Below, piece by piece: positions 1 through 13,559 of a stretch of DNA of 64,000 nt. Both the position numbers and the translations under genes were made by a program. The stretch is from Felis catus (taxonomy: Eukaryota). The stretch covers positions 148,492,001 through 148,556,000 of the forward strand of contig NC_058368.1 in NCBI RefSeq assembly GCF_018350175.1. The letters run 5' to 3'. Within the stretch, counting starts at the first letter, position 1, and every line of letters begins with the position of its first letter. The notes below the pieces were generated by a model that ran no database searches, was not told the DNA's origin, and worked only from the letters and a program-made list of their open reading frames with translations.

Positions 1-560
1 CTGAACATGTGCATGGCTATATTTATCCTTGAGGCCTCCAGATTCCCAGAAATATATCGGAGGTTTTCAAAGTCCCTATGGCTATCTTATTTCTCAGCTT
101 ATTTTTTCAGCTTATTCCTTCAGCTATGATGTTAAAATATTTGATAAATGTGCTGCAACTTTTGACCTCAGAAGTTTTTATCACTAGGTCAAATAAAGAT
201 AGATCTTCATACTGGTGTGTTCGGGGAACCACAGGCAGGTCAACTGATGAATTTTCTTTGAGAATAAAGCTTCAAAAGTGCTCCTGCCCCATTTTGCTCC
301 CTCTAGTACTAGTAATATAGACTGTTATTTTCAAGGCTGATCGAAATTTGAGGACTAGAACTGGGGCTAGGGTAAATACAATTCCATACATTTACTGTTC
401 TTCCTAAGATTCATCCACTTTCCTTTCCTGAATGTCTCCTTTTTTTTTGCTGCAAGCCTTTAGTTACTTTCCAAGTTCTAAACATTTTGATTCTAATTAT
501 CACTGTCATGGTGTGGTAAATTTTCAAAGCTCCTCTCTCTACTATTTTCAATGATATTAC
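1..560 (-). mobile_element. Old L1 (L1M-class) 5' end fragment
   Basis: Resembles the reverse complement of ancient L1 5'UTR sequence (catgtgcatggc...agattcccagaaatatatcggaggttttcaaagtccctatgg); degraded and recognised from memory. Confidence 0.5.
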
Positions 561-1869
561 CCAATTATCTCCAGTTTTGAAATGAGGTCTCAGGGGCAAT
601 GGACTTAAGTAATTTTTCCAAAAAGTAGATCAGTAGTACTATCTACACAACACCTAACGACACAATCTATGCAGATCTAAATTATGTGCAACTACTGCCA
701 TTCTGGGCCAACTGTACATGATTACAAATAAACTTTCAAAACATACAAACATATTATATTCTAGATTCAAATTCTATAGCTTTGATATAACATGGAATAA
801 AATCTGTACTTTTAACCATAACAACTTGATTACAGTTTTTGAGATCAGTAAATTTGATGAATTGTGTCTATATGGATTCAAATAGTAGGTGCTTTTTCTG
901 CATTCATTTGAGAAGATGTAGTCTTATAAAACAAAGCATAAAATCTTTCTTTTAGTTTTCTTACTTCCTTTAAGTGATATATAGACTTTCTGAGTTTCTA
1001 GGTCTTTCTATTAAGTGTGATTTGTCACAAAAGTGTCTGCTTTCCATTTTCTGAAAGAGGGAGTTGGAGTATGAATAGATGCTGACCTAATTTGATTTCT
1101 CTTTGATTGTACTGGAGTGACAAGCATTCTTTATTGCACAATGGGGAGAACATATCTGATGATTGAGATTGTATTGACAAGGAGGAAAAATTCAAGTTGT
1201 GATTTCTCTATTAAGCAAAGACCTTTCAGAAGGGGAGAAAGATTAATGGATAGTGACATTAACTCTGTTTTCTCCAAGGCTTTAGACACTTCTAGATGGG
1301 TAAACTCTTTTCTATAATTCCTTAATATGAACAAAGGGTCATGAAATGTTTCTATCATGGCTAATCTTTCAGTGGAAGTGATGACTGCTTAGTTAATATG
1401 TTTAAAAGTAAAATAATTAAGAAAATAAATTTTAATAGTCATAGCATTTTGCTGAGTATAAAGTAGTCTTCCTACATTCACTTAATTAAAAACTATGTAT
1501 TAGAATTTGCATATTTAAGTACATATATCTAATGTTGTGCTAGTGCTATCAGGTCACACAACTTCTTGTTCTTTCTTCTTAAGTCTCTGCACTTTTTCTT
1601 AACTCTTTAGTTGTCCCAAGTATGTGGTGGATAAAAGATGAATAAGCTACGTACTTTGGAATCAAGGACCCTATACTGTAGCCTGGTAGATATCAATAAC
1701 AAAATTATCAATTGTGAATCCTCAATTTATCCTTCAGGCTTCTCTTTTTCAGACTCCCCTGATGACAGTTATTTTAAATTTATTAAATACTATAAATACA
1801 TAAATTTATTCATTAAATACTCTTCCCTTTCCACAGTCCATTGTTATTTAAAGTTAGTTACTTGGTTTT

Positions 1870-2045
1870 AAACAATACTTACTGAGATCTAATGACATGT
1901 CACCCACTGAGCCAAGACATTTAAATGCTTTATTTTATTTAATCTTCAGAAACCCTTGAGAAGGTGCCTGCATTGAAATCATTTTCTTAATGAAACAATT
2001 GGATTTTTAAAAATTTAAGTAATGAAGAAGTTAAGAGTATTTTTA
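1870..2045 (-). mobile_element. MIR fragment
   Basis: Antisense MIR-core pattern: tacttactgag...tttaatcttcagaaacccttgagaagg...attttcttaatgaaacaattgg. Confidence 0.5.
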
Positions 2046-3331
2046 GCTTTAAGAAGTAGATTGATATGTATTGTCTCAATAAAAATATGTCTGGAAGTAA
2101 ATAGTTGTTGGAATTGGTTTAATAGTTCAATCATATTAGGGTTGGAGTCTATACAGTCATCCTGGCTCTTTTTTCAGTGTCAATATAGATGTCCCAGTCC
2201 AGTTTATCAATTATCATTCAGGAAGAAGGGTAAAAAAGGTCAAAGTATCAATGCTATCAATTTTAGTAGGAAAATAAGTTAGAAAACCCACAACAGAATC
2301 TTACTTACTACACTTTACTAGAATTGTGTCACATTCACTTATATTTTAAATTCTTAATTTCACAAGTTTGGGAAGGCACAAGTATATATCTGCAGAGGAA
2401 TGTAGAAAATGAAAAGAGGTATGGAAATAGCATTGACAAGCCAAATAAGTCAGTTTCACCTACTTTTTGTCACTCACAAAGCCCATCTTCTTAGCCAGAA
2501 ATCTACACCTACTTATCCCTACTTAGATGTAATCACAATTGTAATACTGGTGTTTAATCTTCTCAGGGACATTTAAAAATTTTTATTACAAAAATAAGTA
2601 TCCTAAATCAACAACTAATATTACTTTAAATAATAATATTTAAACCTTCAAATATTTAAAATAATAATCTTTAAACCTTTATACCACAATGAAACTATTG
2701 TTAATCTTCTGTAGCTTATTTTTGTATCCCCTTGATGTATTTTTAAAAGTCTTCCATAATGATACCTGTAATCCAATTCATTCTATTTTATAGATAAATT
2801 GTATTCTACTGTGTACACATAGCAGAATGATAATGACCTATATAAGACTGTTCTTTTTGTAGCTCAAAAAAGGTTGTGTATCATCCATTTCAAATGGCTT
2901 AATTTGATAAGTATCTATTTTCCTTTCTAAGGACATTGAGATTGTTTCCAATCAGTTTAGCCATGAATAGACTTGTATAAGTTTTCTTATGACAAAAAAA
3001 AAGTTAAGTTTAACTTTAGGCAATGCTTCCCAAAAAGCATTTCCTGTCAATGTGAACATAGAAAATTGTATTATTTAACACAGCATTGGGATAGAGAATG
3101 CTAACTGGTGTTGGTTACTGGCCTTGGACCTCCAGCCACCACAAACCTTTCTGGTCTCTTTCTGACTATACAATTTGTAGTATAACTGTTGACAACTTTT
3201 GCCCCAGAGAAAATACTGTACATATGTTACAGTTATTATACAATATATCTATATTCTTTTACAAAACTAAACCTCACTTTTTTTTTTTTAATTCCCATGT
3301 ATGTTCTTATAATAACAATAGAAAGTGTCTA

Positions 3332-3538
3332 GGGGCACCTGGGTCGCTCAGTCAGTTAAGCGTCTGGCTTTGGCTAAGGCATGATCTCAGAGTTTGTGAG
3401 TTCGAGCCCGCCTCAGGCTCTGTTCTGACAGCTCAGAGTTGGAGACTGCTTCAGATTCTGTGTCTTCCTCTCTCTCTGCCCCTCCTCCACTTGAACGCTC
3501 TCTCTCAAAAATAAACATTTAAAAAATTTTAAAAATTC
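3332..3538 (+). mobile_element. CAN-SINE (SINEC_Fc-type, tRNA-derived)
   Basis: ggggcacctggg head, A/B boxes, (CT)n, A tail; TSD acaatagaaagtgt(c/t)ta at 3315-3331 and 3539-3555. Confidence 0.95.
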
Positions 3539-3559
3539 ACAATAGAAAGTGTTTATATA

Positions 3560-3782
3560 TTGCTGATTTTGAACCATGCGCCTGCTAAGCACTTCCCATG
3601 TATTTCTATATGGCATCTTCATAGAAGCACCATGAGGTTATCTGCATTTGAGATAAGGAAGAAACTAAAGTAACTGAGGTTGAGAAACTTGCCCAAGGTC
3701 ATTCACCTAGTAGAGCATGGAGCCTGTATCTGAAACAAGGAACTCTGGCTTCTCACTCACAGCTCTTAACCATTGCATTACA
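3560..3782 (-). mobile_element. MIR
   Basis: gaaactaaag...gaggttgagaaacttgcccaaggtcattcacctagtag...gctcttaaccattgc matches the antisense MIR core. Confidence 0.75.
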
Positions 3783-3966
3783 ACACTTTATTATTTTTAC
3801 CTTCTACTCTGCAGGTATACTGTTAAAGCAATGTAACATCTCCATTCTATACACTGGAGAGATACATCTCTTCCACTTTAATTGCATAAGATGGATATGT
3901 TACTTATTGATATCAGCCTTTTTTTCATTCCTATTTAAGGTATTGAAAAAAAGAAAAACACTCTCT

Positions 3967-4143
3967 GATGGTTAGACCATGGTGATCTCCTATTAAACAT
4001 GAACAGTTTCACAAAACACCATCAGACAAGGCCATTCCATAAAAGTGACTGTCCAGGACACAATAATATCAGTCTATAACCATGTCTAAACACAGACAAA
4101 ACGTCACTGACTATGCCATAAAATTAAAACAAAAATAAACACA
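3967..4143 (+). mobile_element. ERV1 LTR, MER67-like, 5' part (split by L1)
   Basis: ttagaccatggt...aaacatgaacagtttcacaaaacaccatcagacaaggcca...catgtctaaacacagacaaaac; continues after the L1 at 10901. Confidence 0.65.
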
Positions 4144-5836
4144 GTGGGGAGGAGCCAGGATGGCATAACAGCATAGAAGTTTTTTGTGTTTCTTGCATCC
4201 ATGAAATACAGCCAGACCAACAATTAACCATCCTGCACACCTAGAAAACTGATCTGAGGATTAACACAACTATCTGCACAACCTGAACTACAGAATTCAG
4301 CAGGTACATGGCGTGGAGAGGTAAACTGGGGGACAGAGAAGCCGCGAAGGGCAGGAAGCCGCTTTTGCATGCAAAGAGAGGACAGAGATGGAGGCAGGGG
4401 AGGGTATGGGAAAAGCACTCCCCCAAAAGCAGCTGGAGAGAAAGTGGAAAAGTGGAAACAGCTGCAGGGACTGAACAAAAAAGGGAGAAAGGAGAAAGGA
4501 GAAAAGAGAGGGTTTAAATTCCATTAAGACTCTGTAAACAGGGAGAGTGCAGAGTCTGAAACTCCGCAGCTTGATACCTGGCAGTGCTTTAGTGAGAAGG
4601 GTGAATCTCTAGGAGCAGAGTGAAGTCTGGAGGTCTTAGGGCCACACAGGGAGAGCCGGTTTCCCTACTGGGAGGAAACCTGGTAGAGGCTGCGTGAATC
4701 GCCCAAAGGCAAAGGCGCCAGTGGACCCAGGAGAACAACTATATTCACTGGTGCTGGAACAAGGTTGCTGGGGGTGAAGCCTGGTGCCAGATGCGTGTTG
4801 TGATTTGCCATAGTCCCTGAAACACTGCTGCTACACGGTCGTGTGATCTTTTTCTGGGGTGGGCGGGCACCCAGCCAAAGTCTCTGGGCATCAGCAGCAG
4901 CATGGTCTCTCGAACCTTTCTGGGTGTGGCCAGCACCCGGACATTGCTCAGTGAGACCCTCCCACAGACAGGCAGAATAGGTCAAGCCACAGTCCCTCAG
5001 AAATAAGGGGTTGGGAAACACAGCCTCATCTGAGATAAAACTCAGGAGGTAGGTTCAGCCTGAGGCGTGGGCACGAATAGTGGGGACAGTGCATGATTGC
5101 TGATCAGGAGGAACAGAGTTCCAAAACTAGAGACTGGGTAGCTGGGTGACACCAATTTTACCACTCTGAGCCTGGGCACACACACACCTACAAGAGCCAC
5201 AATAGTCCACTCCAATAAGCTAAGCAGCACCATCTAGTGGAGAATGGAGCCATTACACTAAGCTCCTCCCAACTTGGCCAACCTCACTCTTTAGGAACAC
5301 AAGTGCTTAGTTTATGGACTATAAAGCACTTTGTAGTTGGACTTCTAGGGGAAAACGAAGGAATTTCAGTCGTATTCAGTCTGTTTGCAGGTCCATCTAT
5401 TCAATTTTCTTTTTTTTTCCCTTTTTTGTTTCTTTTCTTTTTTTTAAATACAGAAAGGGAAAAAGTCATTTTTATTTTCAATTTTTATTAAAAATATTGT
5501 TCTTTAATTTTTTTCTACTATATTTTTTTTACTTTTGTGTAAATTTTGTCACATTCTATTTTGCTTCCTTCATTTCATTTTGTTCTACTTCAGTGTATTC
5601 AGTTTTCCAAATTTTCAAACAATTTCCTTTTTTTTTTCTTCTTTCCCCTTTTTTCTCTAATCTATCAAGCCACTTTCAACACCCAGACCAAAACACACCT
5701 AGGATATAGCATCATTTATTCCATTTGTGTGTGTGTCTGTGTGTTTGTTTTGAATTTTTTAATTTCAATATTTTTTTAATTTTAATTTTTTTGATTTTAA
5801 TTTATTTACCCCATTAATTCCCTTTCTCCCTTCAAA

Positions 5837-6714
5837 ATGAAAAAATGAAGGAATTCACCCCAAAACAAAGAGCACGAAGAAACGACACCCAGGGACTTAA
5901 CCAACATGGACACAAGCAAGATGTCTGAACTGGAATTTAGAATAATGATAATAAGAATACTACCTGGAGTCAAAAATAGATTAGAATCATTTTCTAGGGA
6001 CATAAAAGAAGTAAAAGCTAGTCAGGATGAAATAAAAAATGCTATAACTGAGCTGCAATCTCGAATGGCTGACACGGTGGAAGGGATGGATGAGGCAGAA
6101 CAGAGTATCAGCAATATAGAGGATGAACTTCTGGAAAATAATGAAGCAGAAAGAAAGACGGAGATTAAGATAAAAAAGCACGATTTAGGAATTAGAGAAA
6201 TCAGTGACTCATGAAAAAGCAACATAAGAATAATAGGGGTCCCAGAAGAGGAAGAGAGAGAAACAGGGGTAGAAGAGTTATAGAAGCAAATCATAGCAGA
6301 AAACTTTCCTAGCCTGGGGGGAATACACAGACATCAAAATCCAGGAAGCACAGAGGACTCCCATTAGATTCAACAAACACCAACCATCAACAAAGCATAT
6401 AATAGTCAAATTGACAAAATACTCAGGTAAGGACAGAATCATAAAACCAGCAAGGGAAAAAAAGTCCTTAACCTACAAGGGAAGACAGATCAGATTTGCA
6501 GCAGACCTACCACAGAAACATAGCAGGCCAGAAAGGAGTGGTAGGATATATTCAGTGTACTGAATTAGAAAAATACGCAGCCAAGAATTCTTTATACAAT
6601 ATGGCTGTCATTCAAAATAGAAGGAGAGTTTAAAATTTTCCCAGACAACCAAAAATTAAAGGAGTTTGTGACCACAAAACTACGCTGCAAGAAATTTTAA
6701 GGGAGATTCTCTGA
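5837..6714 (+). pseudogene. L1 ORF1p, disrupted
   Basis: ATG AAA AAA TGA at 5837 (stop at codon 4), in frame with the track ORF 5906-6214 (MDTSKMSELEFRIMII...); further stops; ends LQEILREIL*. Confidence 0.9.
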
Positions 6715-6820
6715 GGTGAGAAAGATTAAACAAACAAACAAACAAACAAATACCAAGAGCAGCAAAGACTAGAAAGAAAGAGACAACACCACCAGAAACT
6801 CCAACTCTACAAGCAACATA

Positions 6821-9800
6821 ATGGCAATAAATTCATATCTTTCAGTAGTCACTCTAAACGTCAATGGACTCAATGCCCCAATCAAAAGACATAGGGTAAC
6901 AGAATGGATAAGAAAACAAGATCCAACTACATGCTGTTTATGAGACCCACTGTAGACTTAAAGAAAACTTCAGATTGAAAGTAAGGGGATGGAGAACCAT
7001 CTATAATGCTAATGGTCAACAAAAGAATGCCGGAGTAGCCATTCTTATATCAGACTATCTAGACTTTAAAATAAAGGCTGTATCAAGAGATGGAGAAGGA
7101 CATTATATCAGAGGTCTATCCACCAAGACATAACAATTGGAGACATTTATGTGCCAAATGTGGCAACACCCAAATATATAAATCAATTAGTCACAAACAT
7201 AAAGAAATTCATTGATAATAATACCATAATATTAGGGGACTTCAAAACCCCACTTACAACAATGGAAAGATCATCTAATAAAAAAATCAACCAGGAAACA
7301 ATGGCTTTGAATTACACACTGGACCAGATGTACTTAACAGATATATTCACAACATTTCATCCTAAAGCAGCAGAATATACATGGTTCTCCAGTGCACATG
7401 GAACATTCTCCAGAATAGACCACATACTGGGACACATATCAGCCCTAAGTAAGTACAAAAAGATTGAGATCACACTGTGACTCTTTCAGACCACAATGCT
7501 ATGAAACTCAAAATTAACCACAAGAAAAAATTTGGAAAGATAACAAATACTTAAAGACTAAAGAACATCCTACTAAAGAATGAATGGGCTAATGAAGAAG
7601 TTAAAGAGGAAATTAAAAAGTTCATGGAAGCCAATGAATATGGTAACACCACAATCCAAAACCTCTGGGACACAATAAAGGAGGTCATAAGAGGAAAGTA
7701 TATAGCAATTCAGGCCTTCCTAAAGAAGGAAGAAAAATCTCAGATACACAACCTAACTTTATGCTTTAAGGAGCTGGAAAAGGAACAGCAAATAAAACCC
7801 AAAACCAGCAGAAGACAGGAAATAATAAATATTAGAGCAGAAGTTAATGCTATCAAAACCAAAAAACCCCAGTAGAACATATCAATGAAACCAGAAACTG
7901 GTTCTTTAATAGAATTGACAAAATTGATAAACCTCTAGCCCGTTTGATCAAAAACAAAAAGGAAAGGACCCAAATAAATAACATCAAGAATAAAAAAGAG
8001 AGATCACAACCAACACAGCAGAGATAAAAACAATATTAAGAGAATATTATGAGTAATTATATGCCAATACAATGGGCAACCTGGAAGAAATGGACAAATT
8101 CCTAGAAACATATACACTACCAAAACTGAAACGGGAAGAAATAGGAAACTTGAACAGAACCATAACCAGTAAGGAAATCAAATTAGTAATCAAAAATCTG
8201 GCAAAAAGCCAGAGTCCAGAGCCAGATGGCTTTCGAGGGGAATTCTACCAAACATTTAAGGAAGAGTTAACACCTATTCTCTTGAAGCTGTCCCAAAAAA
8301 CAGAAATGGAAGGAAAACTTCCAAACGCTTTCTATGAAGCCAGCATTACCTACATTCTAAAACCAGACACAGACTCCACTAAAAAGGAGAACTACAGAAA
8401 AATTTCCCTGATGAATATGGATGCAAAAATCCTCACAAGATATTAGCCAACTAGATCCAACAATGCATTAAAAAAAATATTTACCATGACGAAATGGGAT
8501 TTATACCTGGGATGCAGGGCTGGTTCAATATCTGCAAAATAATTAACGTGATTCATCACATCATAAAATAAAAGACAAGAACCATAAGATCCTGTCAATA
8601 GATGCAGGGAAAGCATTTGACAAAATACAGCATCCTTTCTTGATAAAAACCCTCAAGAAAGTAGGGATAGAAGGAGCATACCTCAAGATCAAAAAAGCCA
8701 TTTATGAATGGCCCAAGAGTAATATCATCCTCAATGGGGAAACACTGAGAGCTTTCCCCCTAAGGTCGGGAACAAGACAGGGTGTCCTCTCTCATCATTG
8801 TTATCCAACATAGTATTGGAAGTCTTATTCTCTGCAATCAGACAACACAAAGAAATAAAAGGCATCTAAATTGGCCAGGAGGTGGTAAAACTTTCATTCT
8901 TCGCAGATGACATGATACTCTATATGGAAAACCCAAAAGATTCCACCAAAAAAACTCCCAGAACTGATCCATGAATTCAGCAAATTTGCAGGATATAAAA
9001 TCAATGCACAGAAATTGGTTGCATTCCTATACACCAACAATGAAGTGACAGAAAGAGAAATTAAGCTATCGTTCTCATTTCCAATTGCATCAAAAACAAT
9101 AAAATACCTAGGAATAAATCTGACCAAAGAGGTGCAAAATCTATACACTGAAAACTATAGAAAGCTGATGAAAGAAATTGAAGAAGACACAAAAAAACGG
9201 AAAAAGATTCCATGCTCCTGGATAGGAAGAACAAATACTGTTAACATGTCGATAATACCCAAAGCAATCTACACATTCAATGCAAACTCTATCAAAATAA
9301 CACCAGCATTCAAATAATCCTAAAACTCGTATGGAAGCAGAAATGACCTCGAACAGACAAAGCAATTTTGAAAAAGAAAACCAAAGCAAGAGTCATCACA
9401 ATCCCAGACTTCAAGCTATACTACAAAGCTGTAATCATCAGGACACTATGGTACTGGCACAAGAACACTGAGATCAATGGAACAGAATAGAGAACCCAGA
9501 AACGGACCCACAAATGTATAGCCAACTAATCTTTGACAAAGCGGGGGAGAGTATCCAATGGAATGGAGACAATGTCTTCAGCAAGTGGAGCTGGGAAAAC
9601 TGGACAGCGACATGCAGAAGAATGAACCTGGACCACTTTCCTACACCATACACAAAAATAAACTCAAAATGAATGTAAGACCTCAATGTAAGACAGGAAG
9701 CCATCAAAATCCTCGAGGAGAAAACAAGCAAAAACCTCTGTGATCTTGGCTGCAGCTTACTCAACACGTCTCAAGAGACAAGGAAAACAAAAGCAAAAAT

Positions 9801-10635
9801 GAACTACTGGGACCTCATCAAAATAAAAATCTTCTACACAGCGAAGGAAACAATCAGCAAAACTAAAAGGCAACTGACAGAATGGGAGAAGATGTTTGCA
9901 AATGACATATCAGATAAAGGGTTAGTATCCACAATCTATAAAGAACTTATCAAACTCAATACACAAAAAAACAAATAATCCTGTGAAGAAATGGGGAAAA
10001 GACATGAATACACACTTCTCCAAAGAAGACATCCAGATGGCCAACCAACACATGAAAAAATGCTCCACATCACTCATCATCAGGCAAATACAAATCAAAA
10101 CCACAATGAGATACCACTTCACACCTGTCAGAATGGCTAACATTAACCACTCAGGCAACAACAGATGTCGGTGGGGATGAGGAGAAAGAGGATCTGTTTT
10201 GCATTGCTGGTGGGAATGCAAACTGGTGCAGCCACTCTGGAAAACTATATGGAGGTTCTTCAAAAAACTAAAAATAGAACTACCCTATGACCCAGCAATT
10301 GCACTACTAGGCATTTATCCAAGGGATACAAGTGCACTGTTTCGAAGGGACACATGCACCTCTATGTTTATAGCAGCACTATCAACAATAGCCAAAGTAT
10401 GGAAAGATTCATCGATGGATGAATGGATACAGAAGATGTGGTGTGTGTATATGTATATGTAAATATATGTATACATATACATATACACACACACAATGGA
10501 GTATTACTTAGCAATCAAAAGAATGAAATCTTGCCGTTTGTAACACACGGATGGAGCTAGAGGGTATTATGCTAAGCGAAATTAGTCAGTCAGAAAAACA
10601 AAAAACATATGACTTCACTCATATGAGGACTTTAA
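6821..10635 (+). pseudogene. L1 ORF2p (APE endonuclease, reverse transcriptase, Cys-rich C-terminus), disrupted
   Basis: Starts MAINSYLSVVTLNVNGLNAPIKRHRV; EN motifs GDFKTPL and SRIDHIL (7151-7480); RT FADD motif at ~8900; broken into many short ORFs by stops, frameshifts and small deletions. Confidence 0.95.
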
Positions 10636-10900
10636 AGAGACAAAACAGATGAACATAATGGAAGAGAAGCAAAAATAATAATAATAAAAAAAACAGGGAT
10701 GGGGCAAAACATAAGAGACTCCTAAAAATGGAGAACAAACAGAGGGTTAGTGGAGGAGTTGTGGGACGGTGGATGGGCTAAATGGGTAAGGGGTGGAAGG
10801 AATCTACTCCTGAAATCATTGTTGCACTATACGCTAAGTGATTTGGATATAAATTTAAAAATGTAAAATAATAAATGATAAAAAAACAAAAATAAACACA

Positions 10901-11415
10901 AAAACAAGCATCTCTCTATTCTTGTTAATGTGTGAGTTTTACTTCTGTTTTTTTTTTTTTTTTAATGTTTATTTATTTTTGAGAGATTGAGACAGATAGA
11001 GCATGAGCAGGGGAGGGCAGAGAGAGGAAAACACAGAATCCAAAGCAGGCAACAGGCTCTGAGCTTTCAGCACAGAGCCCAATGCAGGGCTTGAACCCAG
11101 AAACCTTGTGCTCATGACCTGAGCCAAAGCCAGACGCTTAACCTAGTGAGCCACCCAGGTGTGCAGTTTTACTTATCAGTCATAGCTTTAGTGTCTCTTC
11201 TACATAAAAATATTAACATAATCACTTGGAGAATTTTACTTACTTTCTGAGAGCTCAAATTTCTAGCAATGCCCTGCATCCTTGAACTCTCCACAAAAGA
11301 ATCTAGCAATCCTATAACAAGCCCTTCCCACATCCTCTCACTGATACCTCCCATGATTCCTTATTGTATAAAGTTTCCTTCTTTGCAACAAGTAAATACA
11401 GCCAACTAAACATGA
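10901..11415 (+). mobile_element. ERV1 LTR, MER67-like, 3' part (contains a SINE)
   Basis: catagctttag...ccttgaactctccacaaaa...aatcctataacaagcccttcc...tgcaacaagtaaatacagccaact; colinear with 3967-4143. Confidence 0.6.
10948..11164 (-). mobile_element. CAN-SINE
   Basis: Poly-T, then gagagacagaatcc...gagccacccaggtgtgc; TSD agttttactt at 10935-10944 and 11165-11174. Confidence 0.93.
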
Positions 11416-11574
11416 GTTTCTAAATTTCTAAATACATAATAATTAGTTTCCATGTTTTTTGGTTTATTAATAGCATAGTATCAAAATCCCCCATGTGTTT
11501 TATATTTCTAAAAATGTCCCATTCTATGTTCAAATTTATATATATACATATATACACATATAAATATGTATATA

Positions 11575-11945
11575 TATAGACACAGCAAAATTGAGAGGAA
11601 GGTACAGGGATTTCCCATATACTTCCTGCCCCCACATATGCATATCTTCCCCCATTATTGACACTCCCCACCAGAGTGGTACCTTTGTCACAGTTGGTGA
11701 ACCTATATTGACACACCATAATCATCCCAAGTCCATGATTTACATTAGGGTTCACGCTTGGTGTTGTACATTTTATGGGCATTGTCAAATACAAAATGTA
11801 AAATGACCTGTATCCACCATTATAGTATCACACACAGTATTTTTACTGCCATAAAAATCCTCCATGTTCTGCCTATTCATCACTCCATGTCCCCTAACCT
11901 CTGGTAACTACCAATTAAAAAAAAATTAAATGTTTATTTACTTTT

Positions 11946-12002
<57 letters not shown>

Positions 12003-12410
12003 ACGCATGAGCAGGGGAGGGGCAGAGAGAAGGAGACACAGAATCTGAAGCAGACTCCAGGCTCTGAGCTGTCAGCATAGAGCCCAATGCAGGGCTCGAA
12101 CCCACAACTGTGAGATCGTGACCTGAGCTGAAGTCAGACACTTAATTGACTGAGTCACCTAGGTGCCCCAGTAACCACTGATTATTTAACTGTCTTCATA
12201 GTTTGTCTTTTTCCCAAAATGTCCTATAGTTAGTATCATACAGTATGTAGCATTTCCGTTATGTTTTTTTCATTTACTAATATGAATTTTAAGTTTCTTC
12301 TATGTCTTTTTATGGCTTGAGATCTCATTTATTTTTAGGTCTGAGTAATATTCTATTGAATATCATAGTTTATGTATCCATTCATCTGCTGAAGGGTATC
12401 TCTTCAAAAA
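11575..12410 (-). mobile_element. Old L1 3' end (L1MB-like), interrupted by a SINE
   Basis: aaaattgagaggaaggtacagggatttcccatatac...ccaccagagtggtac...tacattagggttcac is typical L1MB 3'UTR on the antisense strand. Confidence 0.8.
11915..12169 (-). mobile_element. CAN-SINE with expanded (GA)n
   Basis: Antisense SINE body ending aggtgcccc; long (AG)n at ~11946-11999. Confidence 0.93.
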
Positions 12411-13325
12411 GTTCCCATGCACAATCCTGAGCCTCACTGCCACCCCAGACAGCCACTAACAATCAATTCTTCTCTCTCACCATATGTATAAACACACACA
12501 TACACACTATATGTATATGTATATACATATTTACGTATATGTATATACGTATATATGTATATATATATATATATTTTATAAAACTCAAAAACAGGCAAAA
12601 TCAATCTTCAATGACAGAATGATATATAAATATATATGTGAATATACATAATTTTGGTGTCATTATAGGTTAGTCTTCCTGTTGTAGAGTTTTATTTACA
12701 TCAAATAACAATATGTATTTTTATAGCAGCCCTATTTTTAAAAGTATAAAAAAGATGTATATAACTCAATTAAAACAAGTGTGGTTCTGTCAGTCTGAAA
12801 GCCATGTCTGATCTTAAAACATACATGAAAGAACCAGTTACAGACAACAAATTAGGAAAGGATATGTAAACAAAGAGATATATAAACAAAAAGATTTATA
12901 AACAAAAAGACCAAAAAGCTTAAATTAAAAATAATCTGGCTGAATGTCCCACAAACCAAATCAATTAGGTGAAATGTTTTAGAATTTGCTATAATGACTG
13001 AATCTTAGGCTGGGGAAAAAAAAACAAACACAAAAAAACAAAACAAAACAAAAAACTACCACAGTTTTGGAAGGTCTCAGCAGTGAGGTAAAAGCAAATT
13101 AGGTTTTTATTTGATTTCATGTTTAAACACCAATGGTTTATTTATATAGATGCAAGTAAATGAATAAGCTAATTAACACATAACTAGAATAAATGCATAA
13201 CTAAAGCAAACTCAATATGCATTTATAAAGCATAAAATTCTGTCAATCAAAAGTAATCCTGATGATCAGATTATATGTCAGAGATTATGATGACTTCCAA
13301 ATACACAATTTCAAGAAGAATTCTA

Positions 13326-13559
13326 GGGGCGCCTGGGTGGCTCAGTTGGGTAAGTGTCTAACTTCAGCTAAGGTCATGATCTTGCGATTTGTGAGTTTGA
13401 GCCCCTCAAACTCGGGCCCTATACCGACAGCTCAGACCCTGAATCCAGCTTCAGATTCTGTGTCTCCCTCTCTCTCTGTTCCTCCCCCACTTGCACTCTG
13501 TCTTGCTGTCTCTCTCTCAAAAATAAATAAAGAATTAAAAAAAATTAAAAAAATAAAAT
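13326..13559 (+). mobile_element. CAN-SINE
   Basis: ggggcgcctgggtggctcag head; TSD gaagaattcta at 13315-13325 and 13560-13570. Confidence 0.95.

Larger units (their letters stand above)
4144..10882 (+). mobile_element. Full-length decayed LINE-1 (feline/carnivore type)
   Basis: Starts gtggggaggagccaggatggc; ~1.7 kb 5'UTR, ORF1, ORF2, 3'UTR, A-rich tail; perfect 18-bp TSD aaaacaaaaataaacaca at 4126-4143 and 10883-10900, preceded by TT (TT/AAAA endonuclease site). Confidence 0.97.

Noticed and set aside
3098..3514. 138-aa ORF and similar ORFs at 13262, 19025, 27223, 32499, 37761, 48634, 56909, 57359 and 58798
   Set aside because: Translations through CAN-SINE bodies (recurrent SDSVSPSLS / EFEP motifs); not genes
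4224..5779. Cluster of overlapping ORFs on both strands
   Set aside because: They lie in the L1 5'UTR; GC-rich or T-rich low-complexity frames with no recognisable protein
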